In this document: positions 54,301 to 64,000 of the stretch, one piece after another
How positions within the stretch are numbered: position 1 is the stretch's first letter
How the letters are laid out: each line of letters opens with the position of its first letter
Source: Eledone cirrhosa
Lineage: Eukaryota
Length of the DNA: 64,000 bases
Assembly: GCA_964016885.1 (NCBI GenBank)
Contig: OZ024740.1
Span: 321,718,001-321,782,000 of the forward strand
Direction: 5' to 3'
Program-made: the position numbers and the translations under genes
Notes under the pieces: model-generated
What the model was told of the DNA's origin: nothing
The model's database searches: none
The model's input: only the letters and a program-made list of their open reading frames with translations

Positions 54301-56725
54301 AGCAGAACGACGGTGAGCCGAACGGGGCAATGGACTTTAGTTTATACCTCGACGGCCTGCCGCGTCTCTCGAACACAGACGCGGAGTTCTGCGAAAGACC
54401 GATCACGGACACTGAGATACGGGACGCTCTGGGACGCTGCGGGAAACGCAAGTCACCCGGTCTAGATGGTCTACCCTACGAGTTTTACATAGGCATGCCG
54501 GACTTGTTCTCTGGCGTCCTCGAAGCCGTCTACTGCAATTGGCAGCAGAACGGGAGAATTCCTAGTTCTGCAGGCAAGGGCGTAGTAACGCTGATCAGGA
54601 AAGACGAGAACAAGGGGGACGAAATTAACAACTTCAGGCCCATAACTCTGCTTAACACAGAGTTAAAGATTTTGACCAAGGTGCTAGCGACGAGGTTGGC
54701 GCTTGTCGCCGAGAACCTGGTAGGGAAAGCGCAAACGTGTGCAATCCCGACCAGGTCCATACACGACAACCTCCACCTCATGCGATACATCATTGAGAGG
54801 GTGGGTAGTAAACCCGGCTTCGGTGGGGCTCTGATCAACTTGGATCAGTCTAAGGCATTCGATAGGGTCGACCATCGATACTTGGAAGCGGTTCTCAAGG
54901 CGGCCGGTTTCGGTCCCGTGTTCAGAGGATGGATCGAGGCGATGCACACCAGCATCTGCTCGAGGGTCAAGGTGAACGGCTACCTATCGGAGCCGTTCGC
55001 AATCACGCGCTCCATTCGACAGGGGTGCCCTCTCTCCCCCATTCTGTATGTATTGACTCTAGAGCCACTACTGCGGAAATTGGAGCTGTTGCAGGGCATC
55101 CCTCTAGAATCGGGACGACGTGACGGTAATGGTGTCGAGCACCTCGGAAATCGGGGTGATCGGCAACTTACTGAAAGAATACGAAACGCTGACGGGAGCA
55201 AAACTAAACTCGGACAAGTCTGTCGGTTTGCAACTCGGTACGTGGAGAGGCAAACCGATGACGTCCGACAGCGACGTTGGACGCTGGACGGACGGACCGA
55301 TGAAATTGCTCGGGGTCTGGTTCGGTCTAGACCTCCAGGTGGAGAAAAACTGGAACGAGGTCACGGAAAAGGTGTTTGCACTCACCCAGAAGTGGGCAGA
55401 GTGCAAACTGTCCTTGAAAGGCCGAGCGGAGGTGGCGAACACTTTCATAGCGTCCGTCATCTACTACCGCTTGACTGTCGTGCCTTGTCCCCGTGAACAC
55501 CTCGCCAAGATGGAACGCATGCTCTTCCAGTTTCTGTGGAAGAAGCAGGCTTCGCTGGTGAGGAGATCCGTCTGCTGTCACCACCCTTCCAACGGAGGGC
55601 TGGGAATGCCGTGGCTGATGATGCGCAAACATGCGCTGAGGTTGCGGCATCTCCGGGTATTCCTCACCGACCCCAACCGGTGTGGGCACCGTTTGTGAGA
55701 CAGGCTTTCCCACAGCTCGTCTCGCTGACGGAGCTGCAGTCCTGGGTCAAGAAAAGACCGAAAACGATGGGCGCCTGGCACACTGAATGCGCTCAGGCGT
55801 TCACAGTCCTCTGGCAAGTGAGCGAAGCAATCAGTGGAGACTCCACTTCGACATTCTATAGAGGGATTGTACGTTATAGGGGCGACGACGTGCTCGGAGA
55901 GACTCTGGGCGTCGAAGACGATGAGCTCACCAGTCTGTTTGGTAGGACTTTCCGCCCGGGACCTATGGACAACTTCCAGAGGTCCCTGGCCTGGCAGTGC
56001 TACCGAGGAGCTCAACCGGTTTGTGACAAGATCTACAGGCACGGACGCCCCGACAGGGATCCTTCCAAGAGGACGTGTCCAAGATGCGCGCAGGACATTG
56101 AAACAGTCCTGCACGCAATTGTACACTGCCCGGGCGTAACCGACATGTGGAACTATGCAGAACAACTGCTGTCGCGTATGGGACAAATCCAGTTGACTGC
56201 CGAGTCCATAGTAAGGATCAAACCGCCAGCCTCTTTCAAAAACGAAAGAGAGGCGGTTTTCCTCTGTACGGTGGCTATGGTGAAAGAAGTTATATGGTGG
56301 ACGAGGTTGAGAGGACTGAGGACAGATGCCTTTCTCTCCGGACAACAATTGATCCCTTCTTTAAGTATCACTTTAGAACGAGAATCAGGGCGGAGAGAGA
56401 GGCACTGCACCCCAGTAAATTTACTGAAAGGTGGGTGAATGAAGCGAAAATGGCCCGAGTGATTGGGCCTTCTCTGTTTATAAGCCTGTAGGTTGAAGAA
56501 GAGAGCAAAAGGAAGAAAGGAGCACTTGCACAACACGCTCCTGGAGTTGAGGGTTGTTCTATCGACGGGGTATTAAACAACCCATTTGTGGCGCCTCCCC
56601 CCTATTGGGGATTTCGATTGTTGTAATTGTTTGTTTTTATATTTTTTACACGACTGTATGTAAAATCCCCAGCATGTCTTTGTATTGTCCCCTTTTCTTG
56701 TGCGCCCTTGTGGCTAATAAAAAAT
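51317..56725 (+). mobile_element. L1/Tx1 LINE, near full length, frameshifted
   Basis: ORF1 knuckle CFRCGSTAHLKASC. ORF2 53082-56491: APE (NVRGL, GDWN, YLDRF, SDH), RT (KSPGLDG, FRPITLLN, DQSKAFDRV, QGCPLSP; YADD region deleted), CPRC..ETVLHAIVHC. AATAAA then (CTAT)n. Confidence 0.93.
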
Positions 56726-56924
56726 ATATCTATCTATCCGAACATAACGTTCTTCACTCTAGGATGTTACGTAATATATAGGCTAAAATATGTCAGAATT
56801 TAACAACAGTTTCCAACAAACAGTTACAAAGTAAAAATTCCATGAGAAAAGTTAGGGCTGGAGGAAAGTTAAAAACAAGGACATTCTCTTAGATTGGAAT
56901 ATCATATTTATTTTCCTATTGATC

Positions 56925-57760
56925 GTAGTTGTACTTGTCTGGCATGTGACTTGATATGAGACCGTGTGTTGAAACTATAGCAATTACATCGTAGGAGAGT
57001 CATTTTAGTGAGAGTTGTCCATCAAGCTAGTGAATTGATCTGATACTGTGTTGAAACTAAAGCAATTTACACCATGAAAGAGTCATTTTAGCCACAGATG
57101 TACATATTTAGCAATGACTTGATCTGAGAGTATGTTAAGACTAATGCAATTATAGTATGGAAGAGTAATTTTAGCCACAGTTGTACATGTCTGGCAAGTG
57201 ACTTGGTGTGAAACTATAGCAGTTTCATCGTAGAAGAGTTAGTTTAACCACAGTTGTACTTGTCTGGCAAACGAATTGATCTGAGATCACATGTTGAAAC
57301 TAAAGCAATTTCACAATGGAAGAGTCAGATTAGTTACAGTCGTACATGTCTGGCAAGTGAATTGACCGGAGACCGTGTTGAAACTAAACAATTACATTAT
57401 AGAAAAGTCATTTTAGGCATGGTTGTACTTGGATCGTAAGTGATTTGATCGAAGACTGTTTGTTAAAAGTGAAGCAATTGCAATGTGGAAAAGTCGTTTT
57501 ATTCACAGTTGTACATGTCTAGTAAGTTGCTTGATCTGTGACTGCGAGTTTAAAATTTAAATCAAAGCATTTATATCGTGGAAGAGTTAGTTTAACCACA
57601 ATTGTACATGTCGACTGGCAAATGGCTTCATCTGAAACTGTGTTGAAACTAAAACAATTACATCGTAGAAGAGTTAGTTTAACTATAATTGTCGTTTAGC
57701 AAGTGACTTGATCTGAAATTGTGTTGCAACTAAAGCAATTGCAGCGTAACAAAGTCATTC
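56925..57760. repeat. Tandem satellite of about 60-90 bp units, about 11 copies
   Basis: Consensus approximately CAGTTGTACATGTCTGGCAAGTGACTTGATCTGAGACCGTGTTGAAACTAAAGCAATTACATCGTGGAAGAGTCATTTTAGCCA. Confidence 0.88.
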
Positions 57761-58076
57761 AAAAAACACGAAAGCTGTTAGATTCACTTTACATTTGTCA
57801 TATATTTCTTGGTTTCAAAATATTTGTTGCTCTGTTTGTGACTTTGTCACTGACACGGTAACTTGTTATTTTCTTACCTTCTTTAAAATATCAACAACAA
57901 CTACAACAATAACAACAAAAACAACAACAACAAAAGAGTTTATTATCAACATTTTATAGAGTGCATTATACTATTGAACAATTTCTCTACCGTTGCAAAT
58001 TTAAAGGCGCCCAATAGTCTGTCTGTCTGTAAGTCTGTATATATGTATAATATAATGTAATAAATTATAATATAAT

Positions 58077-58230
58077 AGTTTCTACTTTTGGCACAAGGCC
58101 AGCAATTATTCAGTGTATTACTGGTACTTTATTTTATCGACCTTGAAAGGTAAAGTTAACCTCGGCGGGATTTGAACTCAGATCGTAAAGGGACGCTGGA
58201 AAGCATGTCTGACCATCTACCAATACTGCC
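58077..58230 (-). mobile_element. tRNA-derived SINE (short subfamily, internally deleted)
   Basis: Reverse match to the family. Confidence 0.75.
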
Positions 58231-58234
58231 AATA

Positions 58235-61145
<2,911 letters not shown>

Positions 61146-61149
61146 TATT

Positions 61150-61338
61150 TCTGGATTGGCAGTATCGGTAGAGGGTCGGACGCCATGCTTTGACGCGTAG
61201 AGTTACGGCCCTTGCTATTCTGAGTTCAAATCCCGCCGAGGTTAACTTTGCCTTTCATCCTTACGAGGTCGATAAAATAAAGTACCAGTAATACACTGGG
61301 TAATTACTGGCCTTGTGCCAAAAGTAGAAACAATTATT
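61150..61338 (+). mobile_element. tRNA-derived SINE (short subfamily)
   Basis: Full family match. Confidence 0.8.
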
Positions 61339-61642
61339 TCTGAAGACAGCATATATATGTATAGGTATGTATATTCCCTCTGATAGTTTGTAAAACTTTT
61401 ACATAGATCTATATGATATACATACCAACACACACATATATCCTAGAAACGATCGTAAAATGATGAATTTTTAAATATAAGGAACTGTTTCTTTGTTTTT
61501 ATTCATTGTTTTTATTAATTTATCTTGACTCTGTTTTCCTGTGATTTTCATCGAAAAAACTTTTGACTACATCTTCTCTTTTCATGATATTTGGATTACA
61601 TTGAGTTCTTCATACGGATTGGACACTACCGTATATTTTGGT

Positions 61643-61738
<96 letters not shown>

Positions 61739-61741
<3 letters not shown>

Positions 61742-62479
61742 AATGAAAAGTATAGAAATTGTTGTAGCGAGAAGCTAACAGTATTCCATAACATATATGT
61801 GACTATAGCGTCAAAATGGGAAAATAGTTAACATAAGATATGGGAAAAATAATTCAGACTCAATTCAAAAGGAATCAGGATATAGATTTATCCAACAGAA
61901 TTTAGATAAATCCATTGAAAAATCAATAGAGCATTAACTCATGATAAAACAAAGTCTAAAGTACTCAACCTTCAATTTGGGACAACTTCAAATGCTCTGT
62001 ATAGTCTTGAAAAGACGATTTCACGAAAACTTTCAGTGGAGATGGTCACGGTTGGATTTCGTTCGTCAGCAGAGCTCAACATGGTAACCAAGGTCTCACT
62101 GGTAATATGCCAAAAAGCGAATTTAAAAGCAGGCTAGTTTAACATCATGCGTGGTTATTAAAATAAACGCACATGTGGAAAAACAGAGCTGGTGACGTCA
62201 GAATGAGACAAATGTTTGTTTACATGAAACAACAGTCAAAAACATTTCGAAAGAATACTCTACAAAAGGAGTTCAGCAAAAAGCAATATCATCGCGGTCT
62301 TTCCCCCCCCCAAAAAAAAATACCGGGATTAGTCACAAATAATTTAAGCACTCTAAGAAATAAATCCGAGTATATAAATGAAAAGTATAGAAATTGTTGT
62401 AGCGAGAAGCTAACAGTATTCCATAACATATATGTGACTATAGCGTCAAAATGTGAAAATAGTTAACATAAGATATGGG

Positions 62480-62482
<3 letters not shown>
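61739..62482. mobile_element. Partial-tandem non-coding element (110-bp direct repeats), PLE-like
   Basis: 61741-61848 is nearly equal to 62377-62484; the same terminus occurs at 59174 and 59614; (TA)n flanks. Confidence 0.65.
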
Positions 62483-62556
<74 letters not shown>

Positions 62557-62577
62557 GGTGTAACACACGAGTTGTGA

Positions 62578-63042
62578 TATATTAGTAAAAGGAAAAGAAA
62601 ATGCTGACACATTTTTCCCAGTGAAAAATAGTTTAATTAGGAATAAGTATAAATTAGTAATAAGTATTGGTTAGTATTCAGTTTTAGTTTTAAGTTTTTA
62701 CCGGTTGCGCATTTTTAATGCTTTTCAAAAATAATTTTGAGATAGAGCGCTCGTGATGTTTGCTCTAATCTGATCAGTTTTGGAAATTCTTCCTGTTTTA
62801 TGTGAAAAAAGTGGCTCCAGAGGTATTAAGATTTGGTTGATTGTAGAATGTCACGTGAGTGAGTACTATAAATTTCGCGCCAATTCGTGTTGCAAAAATT
62901 CTTGTAGTCAAAACAATTTTTGATTGGTCGGTAGAAGTCACGTGAATGTTAAAAATTGATTTTGCGCCAAATGTAGGTTTGTCGAAGAGTGTCCTTTTTC
63001 GCCTGATTGAGAAGTCACTGAAAAATAAGTTTATTAAGACAA

Positions 63043-63088
<46 letters not shown>

Positions 63089-63810
63089 TAAAGAGGTTCA
63101 TTGTTGTGATAATGGTCAGTAGGGATGCGTGTGTGAATTGCAGTCATGTTGAAAGGTCAACAATTCAGGTGTCTATTAAGACAAATATATGTGTGTGTGT
63201 GTGTGTAGCAGAGTGGTTCGTGGTAGAGGGAATAAATTCGGTCAGTAGGAATGTGTGTGTACGTGTGTGGGGGTTATTTTAACATGGTGGAAGATATTTT
63301 TCAGCTCTTGTCTTATACGGAGAAGTGTGTGTGTGGATATGTCTGTTTGTATGTTAGTGTACGCGTGTGTATGTGTGTATGTGTGTGTGTGTATATGTGT
63401 GTATGTGTGTGTGTGTGTGGATGGACCAGTATTTTTGTGATACTGGTAAAAATGGTGCACATTATTCGATATTTTCAGTAATTTGCAAAAACAATTCTCT
63501 CAAAAGAACATCAAAAACATTAATAATAAAAGGGGTGAAATGATGTATAGTATTGTCATAACACCAAGGTGTGTGTGAGTGTCCAGATTGTACGTACTGC
63601 AAGGGGAATCCATTAGGCCCTGCCGTATGGGAATACTTGTGTAATCTCAAAATTATTTTTGAAAAGCATTAGAAATGCGCAACCGGTAAAAACTTAAAAC
63701 TAAAACTGAATACTAACCAATACTTATTACTAATTTATACTTATTCCTAATTAAACTATTTTTCACTGGGAAAAATTTGTCAGCATTTTCTTTTCCTTTT
63801 ACTAATATAT
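62578..63810. mobile_element. Element with inverted arms of about 165 bp (PLE-like inverted insertion)
   Basis: 62578-62743 is the reverse complement of 63644-63810; third copy at 19672-19860. Confidence 0.75.
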
Positions 63811-64000
63811 ATATATATATGAATAAATTTAGTCCTTCATCAGTGATTTTCCAACCTTCATTGGTATTTCATCGCTTTAAAGACCATATACCTCCGGTTG
63901 GTGCGAGCAACGGCTAAAGAAAGTCGTTGGGACACGTAAATAAGGGGAACGAGCGAGACAGTAAACAATCAAAGATGGTAATGCAACGAAAAGTGAGGAA

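Noticed and set aside
51170-56348. Long antisense ORFs (329 aa and 256 aa) opposite the Tx1 element
   Set aside because: These are shadows of the sense coding frames with no recognisable motifs.
56925-57760. Tandem hammerhead (retrozyme-like) array suggested by CTGAGA...GAAAC in several units
   Set aside because: The core lacks a nucleotide and no helix II or helix I pairing can be formed; treated as a plain satellite.

Overview
AT-rich, microsatellite-saturated eukaryotic DNA. The SINE and LINE repertoire looks like a coleoid cephalopod (octopus-type) genome; this is inference. No intact host gene is visible, and most ORF-track entries are microsatellite translations. Mobile elements dominate: (i) about 15 Penelope-like element (PLE) remnants with inverted or tandem pseudo-LTR architecture, mostly in (TA)n. 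Four keep GIY-YIG endonuclease fragments and at least 10 carry minimal type-I hammerhead ribozyme motifs, including core variants. (ii) R4/Dong-type restriction-like-endonuclease LINEs, all inserted at (CATA)n. (iii) Two nested L1/Tx1 LINEs flanked by (CTAT)n, with a conserved splice donor overlapping the apparent ORF1 stop. (iv) RTE fragments, a non-autonomous Gypsy-type LTR element with a tRNA-Trp PBS, hAT and mariner MITEs, many tRNA-derived SINEs and several satellites. On the minus strand there are three phase-compatible, splice-bounded exon candidates (41382 to 27580), one interrupted by a PLE insertion that could be spliced out in frame, and decayed GPCR-like fragments (1090-3700). All calls come from reading the sequence by eye; no searches were run.
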